The notes under the pieces were generated by a model. The model did not search any database and had not been told where the DNA came from. It was given only the letters and a program-made list of their open reading frames with translations. A DNA stretch of 26,406 nucleotides, from positions 1-26,406 of the forward strand of contig CAZGJX010000055.1 in assembly GCA_964525635.1 (NCBI GenBank). The letters are read 5' to 3'. Positions 7,397 to 18,174 of this stretch are shown in pieces. Every line of letters begins with the position of its first letter. The first letter of the stretch is position 1. The translations under genes and the position numbers were made by a program. The stretch is from an uncultured archaeon (lineage in GTDB: Archaea; Asgardarchaeota; Lokiarchaeia; Sigyniarchaeales; SOKP01).

Positions 7397-9253
7397 TTAA
7401 CTTGAAGGTAATATTATAATAAAAGTGCTTCCTTTATTTCTTCCTTCTGATATTACTTGAATTTCCCCATTATGCATTTCTATTATTTTCTTTGATATAT
7501 ATAAACCTAAACCAGATCCTTTAATATCAAGATATTCTAATCCTTCACCATATCGTTCAATTTTTCCAAATTGTGTAAATAATTTATCTATTTCTTCATG
7601 AGTTAAACCTACTCCTGTATCCTTAAAATAGATTTCTATAAAATTGTTAGATATTTTAGTATGTATTGATATTTTCCCTCTAGGTGGAGTATTTTTAATA
7701 GCGTTAGATAAAAGATTTATTACTACTTGTTCAATTCTAATTATATCAATTTCTAACTCTATTGTATTTGAAATATTGATTTCAAGATTTAATTCCCGCT
7801 CTCTAATAAGATATTCCAACTCCTTTGATATATTCATAATTAATTTATATATATTGTATTTGGTTTTTTCCAACTTGATCTTATCATAATCTATACGACT
7901 AATATCGAGTAAATCATCAATTAATTGCTCTAATCTTTTTTCATTAGAACTAATCATATTTAATAATTCTGAAGGTTCTTTTCCTATTTTCTTTCCATAG
8001 GCTTCTAAGAGATATTCCGTAGCACCACTTATTGCCATAATAGGAGTTTTTAACTCATGAGAAACTCTTGAAATAAGATCTTTTCTTATTTTATCCGTTT
8101 TTTTTAACCTATTAACTTCCTCTTTTACTAATTTTTCTGATTCTTTCCGTTCATTTATATCTCTAATAAACATAGCAACTTTATTATCTGAAAAAGGGAG
8201 TAATCTTCCTTCAAAAAAACGTATTTCATTATTGATAGATATTTGATATTCAATTACTTGTTGCTCTTTTGTTTTTAATGTTTTCATTATTGCCTCTTGA
8301 GCAATTTTTCCAAGATCTTTAGGTAAGATTTCATTTAATTTTTTATTTAAAAATTTCTCTGGCAAAAGGAAAAGACTATCTTCTTCACCTTTGTAATCCA
8401 AAATAGTTGTATCTTCCGCAACTAAGAAAAATAAATCTGGAATAGCTTCAAATATTTTTTTGAATTTGTGTTCAGATTCTTTTAAGTCATTTTCAGTTTT
8501 TCTCTGATGGGTTTTATCAAAAATTTGCATAATGGTTTTTGATCTTCCCTTTACTTCTTCTATTCTCCTTGAATTCATCTCAATAATCCGAGTATTACCA
8601 TCTCTATTTGCAATTGTGAATTCATATTTATTATCGATATTTTCTCCTTCCTTTTGGCGTAGATAGATATTAATTTTTTTTTTTTTTTTCTTCTCTGTCT
8701 CAATAAATTGACGGAAATCTTCATTAATTAGATTCTCTAATGGTTCTCCTAAAATATCACTGACTTTTTTATTTGCATAAACTATTTTAAATTGATCATC
8801 ATAAATTAAAATTCCCACCTGTGAATCTTCTGCAATTGTTTGAAATAAGAATTCATTTTCTTTTAGTTTTACATCCTCTAAGGTTTTTTTTGTGATATCT
8901 TGAACTTGAACTAATAAATAAGTGATTCCTTCAGATTTAAAATTAAATGGTGTTATTTTAAAATCAAAATATTTATTTTCCCTTTTTTTATATACTATTT
9001 GACTTTTTTCTTGGAATTTATTAATATCAACTAATATATTCAGTTGGACTTTTTTTCCCTTTTTAAGATTAACGATAATTTTTTCCGGAATATTGTAATG
9101 TTTTAATAAATTTAAAGATCTTATTTCATATACATTTGAAACTTGAAATAATTCTAAAAAAGAATCATTTGCATAAATTAATCCTCCTTCATAAGTAAAA
9201 ATTGCGATTCCTATCGGAGAACTTTCATAAATACATTCTAATAAGTCTTTAAT
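7397..9253 (-). CDS. Cytoplasmic sensor histidine kinase with 3 PAS domains (HisKA + HATPase), ~618 aa, probable ATT start
   Basis: H-box SHELKTP, N-box NLLSNAIK, DTGVG, GSGLGL, GSTF. The frame stays open upstream of the tracked GTG (8818) to 9262 and encodes another PAS domain (IYESSPIGIAIFTYEGGLIYANDSF...VQDIT). Start position is uncertain. Confidence 0.88.
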   Translation of the reverse strand: MKDLLECIYESSPIGIAIFTYEGGLIYANDSFLELFQVSNVYEIRSLNLLKHYNIPEKIIVNLKKGKKVQLNILVDINKFQEKSQIVYKKRENKYFDFKITPFNFKSEGITYLLVQVQDITKKTLEDVKLKENEFLFQTIAEDSQVGILIYDDQFKIVYANKKVSDILGEPLENLINEDFRQFIETEKKKKKKINIYLRQKEGENIDNKYEFTIANRDGNTRIIEMNSRRIEEVKGRSKTIMQIFDKTHQRKTENDLKESEHKFKKIFEAIPDLFFLVAEDTTILDYKGEEDSLFLLPEKFLNKKLNEILPKDLGKIAQEAIMKTLKTKEQQVIEYQISINNEIRFFEGRLLPFSDNKVAMFIRDINERKESEKLVKEEVNRLKKTDKIRKDLISRVSHELKTPIMAISGATEYLLEAYGKKIGKEPSELLNMISSNEKRLEQLIDDLLDISRIDYDKIKLEKTKYNIYKLIMNISKELEYLIRERELNLEINISNTIELEIDIIRIEQVVINLLSNAIKNTPPRGKISIHTKISNNFIEIYFKDTGVGLTHEEIDKLFTQFGKIERYGEGLEYLDIKGSGLGLYISKKIIEMHNGEIQVISEGRNKGSTFIIILPSS

Positions 9254-9484
9254 CTTAATCCCTCAATATAATTAATAATTTTACTGTCGTATTTATCTCA
9301 GAGAAAAAATATTATTGTTTTTGTATATATTTTGAGTATCTTCCAGCCTTTTTAAAATTAAAATTATCCAATTATTCGCTTCTGAGAGTGAAAATAAGAA
9401 AAGAATAATTTCTTATTAACTAAAAATTTTTTTTTAATAATATTATTTAAATTCTTTTTTTTATCTTTATTCATTTAAAATTTT

Positions 9485-12400
9485 TTAAATGACTTCAGAT
9501 AAAAATTGAAAATAAAATAAAGCAAGTGTAATAATCAACATAATAATGAAAAATATAGTTGAATAAAAACGCCATTTGATAGAGATTTCTTCTTTCTTCT
9601 CTTTATAATAGATATATGGGAGAAAAATAGCACCAAATATAGTAAAGGATAAAAATATAGCTATTAAATAAAATTTAAATTCAAAATAATATAAAATAAT
9701 TCCAAGAACTGAAATCCAAGCACTACTTAGATACATAATTCTATATTTTAAAAGTTTATCTGGTTCCATATCTGACACTTGTTTTGATATATTATAATAT
9801 ATAAGAGAGATTGTTATGCCAACGCTTATTATTACTGAATATAACCAATAAAGTTTTACATATATAAATAAAACAATAAAAATAGAAATTCCAAAAGAAA
9901 CTGAAAAGAAAGTCCAGATATAAATCCAATATCGTTTTAAAAAGTGGATAATCCCCTTAAAAAACATTAAAATCTTATTTATAATCAAAATAATAATCTT
10001 TTTTAAATTATCAATAAACTTGTTGAAAAAATTCTTTATTTGTTCCATAAGAAAAATAAATGGATATAATAATATGGAAAAAATAAGAAATGAGAGGCTA
10101 GAAATTAATGGAAAATAATTATAGTAAAAACTAATTTGGAAAATAATCGTACCAAATAATGTAAATATTAAAAGCCAGATAAGAAATGAGAATTTCTTAG
10201 ATTTTTCTGTAAAAACTTTAAAATATATTGCATATAAAAATAAGAGAATAACTAGAGAAATATTAATATTGAAATAGTTATTAAATAAAAAGAAGTTTGG
10301 ACTTAAAAAAGCTTCAGATAATACAAAGAAATCTAAACATAAAAGATTTATAAAAATGAATTGCATATACCGATTTAGTTTATATATTAATTTACTCTGA
10401 TGATCTTGTAATATATCAATAAAATATAGAAGAATTATGAAGATTAATAATGAAAGAATTATTAAATTCAAATCTAAAATAAGATCTTGACTAAAATAAA
10501 ATAATGGAAAACTAATTATATCAAAAGTTAAAAATGTATAAATATAAGATCTAATTCTATTTTTATTATTTTTAAAAACTTTCCAGATTGTTAAAAGATG
10601 GAATAGATATATAAGTTCAAGTCCTCCTAATAAGAACACTATTGGGATTCTAATTAATATTAATTGGAGATTATGAGTTGGGAATGAAATAAAAATCAAG
10701 AAATTTGAAGAAATCATAATAGAACTCCATGAGATGATTTTAATATATTTTGTGACTTCTTCCATGAATTTTAATATACTTTTATCTAATAGACATATCA
10801 GAAATATTATATTACTTAAAACAAATATTTGAATCGATATTTCTATGAAATTAATTAACTCTTGAAATAAGATTAATAAGAAGAAGTAAAAACAGACCCC
10901 AATTATAATCTTTCTCTGTTTATATTTAATATTAATTTTAGATAATTTATCTCTTGAGATATATTTATTTTGAGGATGTTCTGCAGTTCTAAAATTTAAA
11001 TATAAATAATTAGTTATGAATTGCATAATAATAAATAGAAGAGAATACAATTTTAGATGAACTAGTGAAAATTGGGAATAATCATTTAATGCAATGAAAC
11101 TTGAGAAAGATAAAATTAACATTAGAATAGTTAACTGTAAAAAACCATATTTCTTGCCAACTATTTGAAGTAAATATACATCAATCAATAATAAAATGAC
11201 ATATAAAATCAATGTTATTGAAAGACTAATGTATAAATCAAAAATACTGATTACGAATGAAAATATTAGGAAATTTAAATAAAAGTAAATTACATTACCT
11301 AAAAAGGAGAGAAATTTTTTGTAAAAAATGGGTAATTTCTGTTGTATTTTAAATATATTGATAAAGTATATTGAGAGAAACAATAATCCTACATTTAAAA
11401 ATATTATAAGATTAATTGATAATAAATCTAAATCTCCATAAATTAGAACTAAATTGATTAAATTTAGAGTAAGAGAAATTTGAAATATAAGAAAGACTAT
11501 AGATTTAATGAAATTTAGTATTTTTTCCTGATATATATTTAATATTATACTATAAAATAAAAGGATTGCTGAAAACCAGAAAATAAAAAGATTATAGAAG
11601 TTAATTTGATTTATATGCAATTCAGGTATCAGATTAATGGTAGTTTGAGATATAAAAGAAGACATCATTCCTATAATTAGGAAATATGTTAAATATGTTA
11701 AAACTGTTTGAAATTTGAATAATATATTTATTTTATTTTTCATTAATCGTTGGCTTAGCATTAAAGCGAATATATTTAGTCCTAAAGATATTAGGAGAAA
11801 AATAAAGATTTGAGTTAATATTGCAATAGAAGAAAAATCCAATAACAATAGAAAAATCAATATAGCTATTGAATTATTAAGTAATATTAATGATAATATA
11901 CTAATTTTTTTATTTAGCTCTCCTGTAAAATGTTTAAAAAAGTATATATTAAGGATAAGCTCTAGCGTTAATATACCATTGAAAATAATCATAATCAATA
12001 ATGTAAGATAAGGTAATGTAAAACTGGTACTAATAAAAACATTCCATATTAGACTCAAAATAGATGATGGAATAAGAATGTAAAATAATCCTCCAATGTT
12101 TTCTAAAATCCAATTTATTCCTTTTATATTTAAAATCTCTTTATTTTTCCTTAAATAATAAAATATAAATAAATTCAATATAGAATACACAAAAATGAAC
12201 CCAAATATTTGGTAGAATAAAGAATTAAAACAAAAAACTGAAATTAAGAGAGAAAAATAAAAATTATTAAGACTGAAACATAAAAGATTTATTATTTTTA
12301 TTTTTCTATTGTTTTCAAAAGGTTTTATAAATTCATCTCTGATATTAAATACAACTTGGAGAATGATAAGATAAGACATTAAATAGATAAAAATTGTAAA

Positions 12401-15400
12401 GATGTTGAAGAATTTAACGAAGTCATAAATCTCGAGAATTTCAAGAATTAAAAATGATAAAGGAATGGGATTTAAATATATTAATAGGTATTTTGAATGA
12501 TATAAAATTTTATGAATAAATAAAATTGTAATTGAAGAAGAAATTGCTAATAATAAGAATAGATAATATGGAATTACCAAATATAAAATAGTAAAAATTG
12601 AAAATGATAGACTTATCCCAAATAATAACCATAGTATTTCAATAGGTATTCTTCTAAAGATTAAATAAAAATAGTTAAAAAGAAATAGAAATCCAAAACA
12701 AAAAGTCATAGCTAATGAGATCGATAGAACCTCCATATTTGGTATTAAATTTAATGAAAAATGAATTAAAGATGAGGAATTAACAATAAAATTCAATGAA
12801 ATAAAAGTACGAATTAGGGGTTGATTAATCTTCTTTAGATATCTTGAAGTATATAATCCTCCAGAAATTATAATAGCTGATAAATTAAAAGATATCACTT
12901 GATTTAAAATGATTTCTGATAATATAAAATAAATTGTTAAAAAAAGTCCAATAAAAATCATAGAATATGAAATAATTAATATCAAAATATATGTTCTAAC
13001 GTTTGGAAAAATTGAATAGACAATCAAAAAAATACCACAAACAATGATATCAATCGAAATTATTAGTTCGATAGTGAAATTCATTGAAGCTAAGAAAAAT
13101 ATTAAAAAGCTTACATTTAATACAATTAATATTAACCAAATAAAAGATAAGATCCTCCATAATTTTAATCTCCAAAAGATTGGTGTTAATAAAAAGAATG
13201 AAGAAAGCCCAAAGAATAGATTTGAAAGTAGCATATTATCAATAAATAAGTTTTGACTTATCCAAAATGTTAATGCTAATGATTCACCCCATACTATAAG
13301 CAAAATTTCAGTAAAGTACTTTTTAATTTTTGAAAATAAAATAGGAAGATAAAATAAAGAACAGATTATAAATGTTATAATAATAGACCCATTTATATCA
13401 AATAAATTAAAGAAATCTAATGCTTGAGTGAATATATCTATACCTAAGACATTATTATAAATTATATAAAAATTAATAATTGGTACAAATAACAATATTC
13501 GCCATCCAACTCTCCAGATGGCCCATGATATCTTCCATTTATAAATTCCAACTGAAATGAAAAATAAAAAGATTATCGCATCAAGAATTATTATTATTAA
13601 TATAGGATCTCCAAAATAAAATCCAAAATAAGAGATCAGTAATGTGTAAATGAATCCTGGGATGAAAAGAGTTATAGTAGTTAAAGATATATAAAATATC
13701 AGTTTCCTTAATGATTTGGAAAGTTTATTAAATAAGAATATGACTCCAAAAGATGTGAATATTGATGTTAAAGCGAATGTTAAAATAATGTTATATAATT
13801 GATAACTTGAGTCAGTAAATAAAAAAGAATATGAAATCCAACTGGAAATATTAAATAATAAAAGGATAATACAAGGCTTAATGAACCATTTATACCTTTT
13901 ATCTTCCCTTAAATAATAATCAAAGGTAACTATAAATAGGAAAACTAAAATGGATATTGTTATATTATATATGAGTAGTATTCTTGTAAAATTAAATATA
14001 AAAATAAATAAAATGCTTGAAATTAAAGAATAAAATAGATACTTTTCAATTAGGTTTATTTTCTTGTAATTTATACCCACTGAAAAAATCAATACTAAAC
14101 TGAAATTCATTAAAAAAATAATTAAAATAATACAAATAGGATATCCCATCACTACTTCTAATAACGATGTTGCTTCAAAAAAATTAAGAATTTTGATAAA
14201 TCCAACGAAACTAAGAATAACATATATTAAAAATCTAATTATTAGATTCTCTTTCCTTTCTAATGATATTATGGTATATAAAATGAATAATACAAGAATG
14301 GAATAGTCAGCATTTAGAAACAAAATACTAAAACTAATCAATAAAGTCTTTATAACTAAAATATAAAATTTCTTAAGATACTCCTTTTGATTTTTTTCAT
14401 TATTATTGATATAATAACATAAATTGATTAATATTAAACTAAAGATAAATAGGATATTTGTCATTAAATCACTAATATAGATAAACCAGTATAATTCCGT
14501 AAAGATAATATTGGTTATAATTAAATATAATAGAGGTGAAATCTTTTTTGATAAAATATTAAAAATTTTTTTTTTTGTATATCCCTGATTAAATATAATA
14601 ATTAATGGATGGAATATATTCAAAAATAACATAAACAATAGACAAAAATTCAATATTTCTAACTCTACCACTGGAATAGGAACTATATTGCTAAGTAGAA
14701 ATATAGATGCTAAAATAAATGAAGATGAAATGATGATCCCACTGGATTGAATAGATTTAAACGAGTTTCCTATTTTTTGAACTTTTTGAAAAGACTCAGG
14801 TTTTTGAATTGAATTGTAATAATAACCAAGATTTCCTATCAATTTAATATTATAGGAATTAATCATGAAAAGAGATAAAATTGAACAATTGATTATTAAA
14901 AAATCCCTTAAATATGTATCTGACCATTCTATTAATACAAGGTTTTCATATAGGATATATCCAATTGAAAAGCTAAGTAAAAACCAACTAATAATTAGGA
15001 TTAATTTAATATATGATAGTATAATTGATTCCAATCTTATTTTTTCACTTGAAAATTCCGCAAGTTTAAGAAACAGGAATAATAAAATAAGAGACAGAAT
15101 GATAATATAAATAAAATTGACATAAATATCTATTGCTTGTAATTCTAACCATATAAAAGTAGGGATAGATATAAATAAAAAACATAATAGAAAAATATCA
15201 CACAGAATTAACTTTTGAATAAATTTCTTGTTAAAAATACCTTTTTTATAAGAAAGGATAAAAAGACCATATAAATAAAAAAGAGTACTAATTATTGGGA
15301 AAATTATTTTAATGAAATGCCCAGGAATTAAAATAAATAGATAATAAAAAATAGTCGTTCCTGCTAATATAATACCTATGACAATATCTAATTTCAAAAT

Positions 15401-17887
15401 GATTTTAGCAGTTTTTTCTAAATTATTTTTTTTTCCTAAAAGATAAAACATGAAAAGAATTGTTAATAAGAGATATAAACTCAAATTAACTATATGTATA
15501 ACATCTACATAAATGTATGATTTAGCTAATTCAAATGAAATTATAGAAGGAATAAATATACAAGAAATTGATAAAATGATATTATTGCCTACTAAAACCT
15601 TTTTAAAGATATTCCTTTTAACATTATTTTTTAAGAGATATATAATACATAAATTAAAAGAAATACTAAAAAGAATTAAAGGTAAAATAAAGATATAAGT
15701 AGTGTCTAAAGTAAATAAGAACGAATAATAAAATATAAGAGAAGAGAGATAAAATAAACTAATTGAATTAACAAAAATCGTATATTTCTTAATAATTGAT
15801 TGATAATACCAGTTTAGAATATTGATTATTATTGCTGAAGTTGCAATTGACAAAAATAATGATAAAAAAACGTTGAATAAGAATTGAAAATAGGAAATAA
15901 GAAAAATAATTATTGAAATTTCAATAGATATTAAAAATAAGTTTATTTTAGTAAGTTTATCATATTTTTTGACTTTTAATTTATCTAATTGTAGCCCAAA
16001 TTTTAATTGAAATTGAATGGAAATTGATAAAATCAATAGACTAAATATAAATATTAAGATTAACAAATCTATTTTGTATAAATTAATAGAATCTAACCAG
16101 ATATTTGAAATAAAGATAAAATATACATATATTAAAGGAAATAAAAGCCATATAGAGTAATAAATATGAATTAAGACGTTCGTAATAATCTTAAATTCAT
16201 AATTAATATAAATAAAAACTATATATATGAAAATAAAAATAATACCGGAAAGTAAAATAAATGAAATAAGATGTATCAAATCAAGAGTATTGAATATAAA
16301 TGTATTAATTAGTAATACAATCAGTAAATCTAGTAATAAAAAATTAAAAATAATTGTTAATTTGAATGTGCTTATATATTTTTGCTTAAAAAATTTTGAA
16401 TAAAGCCTATAAAATGAAATCAATAAAGAAAAGGAAAAAAATATACAGAAAATTAGAATTCTAGAAATTAGTAAAATATCAGAATCTAAAATTAACAAAA
16501 AATCTTCAGTAGTTATGAGAGGATAAACCGAATATGATATTGAGAAGAAAATAAATACAGAAAGAAAATTCTGCCAAAGAATTACTTTTTCTTCAGTAAA
16601 GAGATTAATTCTTTTAAATAATTCTAAAGCAAAATATATTAATATTGTAAAAAAAGCCATTTGAATAATTAAAGTAATTGTTTCCCAATATATTGGAAAA
16701 AAAATAAAAGAAATATATCCTATTGAGATAATGGTTAAAATAAAATAAAGAAACTCAATATTCTTCTTTTGTATATAGTTATAATTATGTTCTAAATAAA
16801 TTATAAAGTAAAAAATAGGTATTAAAATAAAATTAAGATAATTTAAATCAATTAGATAAAACAATAATATAAATATAATCAGTAAAATGAATGAAATGAT
16901 TCCATTATAGTTTTGATATTTTAATATCTTCTTATTATCTATATTTTCTCCATTTGGTGTTTTATTTAATATCAATGAGTCTAATTTCATTTCATAGGAC
17001 AAATAAGAGATAATCCTTGCCTTTAAGTATAAGAAAAAGATAGCTAAAATGATTGATACATAAGATACTATTTCTAAATAATTATTAAATCCCTTCAGTG
17101 AAATTAAATAAATATTTAAAGAAGGTAGAAGAATGATAATACTGAAAATATAACTCTCTAATGAGATAAAAGTTTTTTTATTAAACTTTAAGATTATTTG
17201 TTTTAAATTTAATTGATTATCTTCTATTTGAGTATATTCAGCAAATAATTTTCTTTCTTTTTTTGTATAAAATACAGTAATAATATAAAAAAAACAACTG
17301 AAAAATAATACTAATCCAATTGTAAGATAAATAACGTTAGCAGTAAAAATAAAAACAATGATATTTGAAAAGCAATTGATAATAAAGAGATATTTATAAG
17401 TGTCTTTGATTGATAATTGAGGATAAATATCCAAAAAAGTATCTTTCTCTGAACTATAAAATAAGATTGGTGTGTATTTTAAATAAAAAAACACAACAGG
17501 TATTGCAAAACAAATATAGATAAGAGGGATTAATTGAAATTTTAAATCTAATGGATTTAATAATGTAAAGAATATTGAACTAACGAAATAGACAATATAA
17601 ATTAAAAAGATTACAGAGATTTTTATTATTAGATTTTTTTTTTCATTACCAAAAAATGGATTTTTTCTATACTTATCATAAAGTTTAAAGAATACAAATT
17701 GAGAAGTAATGAAGGAAACAAATGAAAAGGATAATATATAATAAAAATCTTCAAGAAAATTTGAAAGTATAAAATACGTAACTACCAATGACAATGATGG
17801 TATAATTAAAAAATATACACAAAACCACCATATTTTCCATATTATTTCTGTAGCTTTCTCTATTTTCTTATTTGAATTTCGTTCCAT
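9485..17887 (-). CDS. Giant polytopic membrane protein of unknown function (~2800 aa)
   Basis: Uninterrupted 8.4-kb ORF in very AT-rich DNA. Continuous alternation of hydrophobic ~20-mers and short K/N-rich loops. ATG 17887 follows a purine-rich AGAAGGCGA; the alternative start is TTG 17908. Confidence 0.9.
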   Translation of the reverse strand: MERNSNKKIEKATEIIWKIWWFCVYFLIIPSLSLVVTYFILSNFLEDFYYILSFSFVSFITSQFVFFKLYDKYRKNPFFGNEKKNLIIKISVIFLIYIVYFVSSIFFTLLNPLDLKFQLIPLIYICFAIPVVFFYLKYTPILFYSSEKDTFLDIYPQLSIKDTYKYLFIINCFSNIIVFIFTANVIYLTIGLVLFFSCFFYIITVFYTKKERKLFAEYTQIEDNQLNLKQIILKFNKKTFISLESYIFSIIILLPSLNIYLISLKGFNNYLEIVSYVSIILAIFFLYLKARIISYLSYEMKLDSLILNKTPNGENIDNKKILKYQNYNGIISFILLIIFILLFYLIDLNYLNFILIPIFYFIIYLEHNYNYIQKKNIEFLYFILTIISIGYISFIFFPIYWETITLIIQMAFFTILIYFALELFKRINLFTEEKVILWQNFLSVFIFFSISYSVYPLITTEDFLLILDSDILLISRILIFCIFFSFSLLISFYRLYSKFFKQKYISTFKLTIIFNFLLLDLLIVLLINTFIFNTLDLIHLISFILLSGIIFIFIYIVFIYINYEFKIITNVLIHIYYSIWLLFPLIYVYFIFISNIWLDSINLYKIDLLILIFIFSLLILSISIQFQLKFGLQLDKLKVKKYDKLTKINLFLISIEISIIIFLISYFQFLFNVFLSLFLSIATSAIIINILNWYYQSIIKKYTIFVNSISLFYLSSLIFYYSFLFTLDTTYIFILPLILFSISFNLCIIYLLKNNVKRNIFKKVLVGNNIILSISCIFIPSIISFELAKSYIYVDVIHIVNLSLYLLLTILFMFYLLGKKNNLEKTAKIILKLDIVIGIILAGTTIFYYLFILIPGHFIKIIFPIISTLFYLYGLFILSYKKGIFNKKFIQKLILCDIFLLCFLFISIPTFIWLELQAIDIYVNFIYIIILSLILLFLFLKLAEFSSEKIRLESIILSYIKLILIISWFLLSFSIGYILYENLVLIEWSDTYLRDFLIINCSILSLFMINSYNIKLIGNLGYYYNSIQKPESFQKVQKIGNSFKSIQSSGIIISSSFILASIFLLSNIVPIPVVELEILNFCLLFMLFLNIFHPLIIIFNQGYTKKKIFNILSKKISPLLYLIITNIIFTELYWFIYISDLMTNILFIFSLILINLCYYINNNEKNQKEYLKKFYILVIKTLLISFSILFLNADYSILVLFILYTIISLERKENLIIRFLIYVILSFVGFIKILNFFEATSLLEVVMGYPICIILIIFLMNFSLVLIFSVGINYKKINLIEKYLFYSLISSILFIFIFNFTRILLIYNITISILVFLFIVTFDYYLREDKRYKWFIKPCIILLLFNISSWISYSFLFTDSSYQLYNIILTFALTSIFTSFGVIFLFNKLSKSLRKLIFYISLTTITLFIPGFIYTLLISYFGFYFGDPILIIIILDAIIFLFFISVGIYKWKISWAIWRVGWRILLFVPIINFYIIYNNVLGIDIFTQALDFFNLFDINGSIIITFIICSLFYLPILFSKIKKYFTEILLIVWGESLALTFWISQNLFIDNMLLSNLFFGLSSFFLLTPIFWRLKLWRILSFIWLILIVLNVSFLIFFLASMNFTIELIISIDIIVCGIFLIVYSIFPNVRTYILILIISYSMIFIGLFLTIYFILSEIILNQVISFNLSAIIISGGLYTSRYLKKINQPLIRTFISLNFIVNSSSLIHFSLNLIPNMEVLSISLAMTFCFGFLFLFNYFYLIFRRIPIEILWLLFGISLSFSIFTILYLVIPYYLFLLLAISSSITILFIHKILYHSKYLLIYLNPIPLSFLILEILEIYDFVKFFNIFTIFIYLMSYLIILQVVFNIRDEFIKPFENNRKIKIINLLCFSLNNFYFSLLISVFCFNSLFYQIFGFIFVYSILNLFIFYYLRKNKEILNIKGINWILENIGGLFYILIPSSILSLIWNVFISTSFTLPYLTLLIMIIFNGILTLELILNIYFFKHFTGELNKKISILSLILLNNSIAILIFLLLLDFSSIAILTQIFIFLLISLGLNIFALMLSQRLMKNKINILFKFQTVLTYLTYFLIIGMMSSFISQTTINLIPELHINQINFYNLFIFWFSAILLFYSIILNIYQEKILNFIKSIVFLIFQISLTLNLINLVLIYGDLDLLSINLIIFLNVGLLFLSIYFINIFKIQQKLPIFYKKFLSFLGNVIYFYLNFLIFSFVISIFDLYISLSITLILYVILLLIDVYLLQIVGKKYGFLQLTILMLILSFSSFIALNDYSQFSLVHLKLYSLLFIIMQFITNYLYLNFRTAEHPQNKYISRDKLSKINIKYKQRKIIIGVCFYFFLLILFQELINFIEISIQIFVLSNIIFLICLLDKSILKFMEEVTKYIKIISWSSIMISSNFLIFISFPTHNLQLILIRIPIVFLLGGLELIYLFHLLTIWKVFKNNKNRIRSYIYTFLTFDIISFPLFYFSQDLILDLNLIILSLLIFIILLYFIDILQDHQSKLIYKLNRYMQFIFINLLCLDFFVLSEAFLSPNFFLFNNYFNINISLVILLFLYAIYFKVFTEKSKKFSFLIWLLIFTLFGTIIFQISFYYNYFPLISSLSFLIFSILLYPFIFLMEQIKNFFNKFIDNLKKIIILIINKILMFFKGIIHFLKRYWIYIWTFFSVSFGISIFIVLFIYVKLYWLYSVIISVGITISLIYYNISKQVSDMEPDKLLKYRIMYLSSAWISVLGIILYYFEFKFYLIAIFLSFTIFGAIFLPYIYYKEKKEEISIKWRFYSTIFFIIMLIITLALFYFQFLSEVI

Positions 17888-18030
17888 TGAATCGCCTTCT
17901 ACAATCAATAAATTGATCTATTATTCATATGTAAAATCACTTTTTTAAATCTATCTAATTTTAAAGTAATATAAATTATATTGAATTATAAATTCTTGAA
18001 ACTGTTATTTAATGATTTCTATAAACCTTA
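17656..18030. repeat. Copy 1 of a ~375-bp diverged duplication (upstream region plus first ~77 codons of the giant gene)
   Basis: Aligns with 18189-18563 at an offset of ~533 nt, e.g. gaattataaattcttga and ttatttaatgatttctataaa occur in both. Confidence 0.9.
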
Positions 18031-18174
18031 AAAATATATATATATAATCATTCATCAATAGATTATCTCCTGTAAATTTGACAATAGATGATTATGACTA
18101 TATTATATTTAAAAGAAGTACAATATCTTCATTAATATGGGAGATTTTATTCCATAATTGGATTAGATATCTTT

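Noticed and set aside
7644-7889. 81-aa plus-strand ORF
   Set aside because: Antisense shadow inside the kinase HATPase domain.
13044-15698. Three short plus-strand K/I/N-rich ORFs (13044, 14865, 15513)
   Set aside because: Expected mirror of F/I/L codons in the giant membrane gene on the opposite strand.
9485-17887. Giant protein as a true Piezo homolog
   Set aside because: No PFEW motif and no large extracellular cap domain between the last helices; only size and a 4-TM repeat are analogous.
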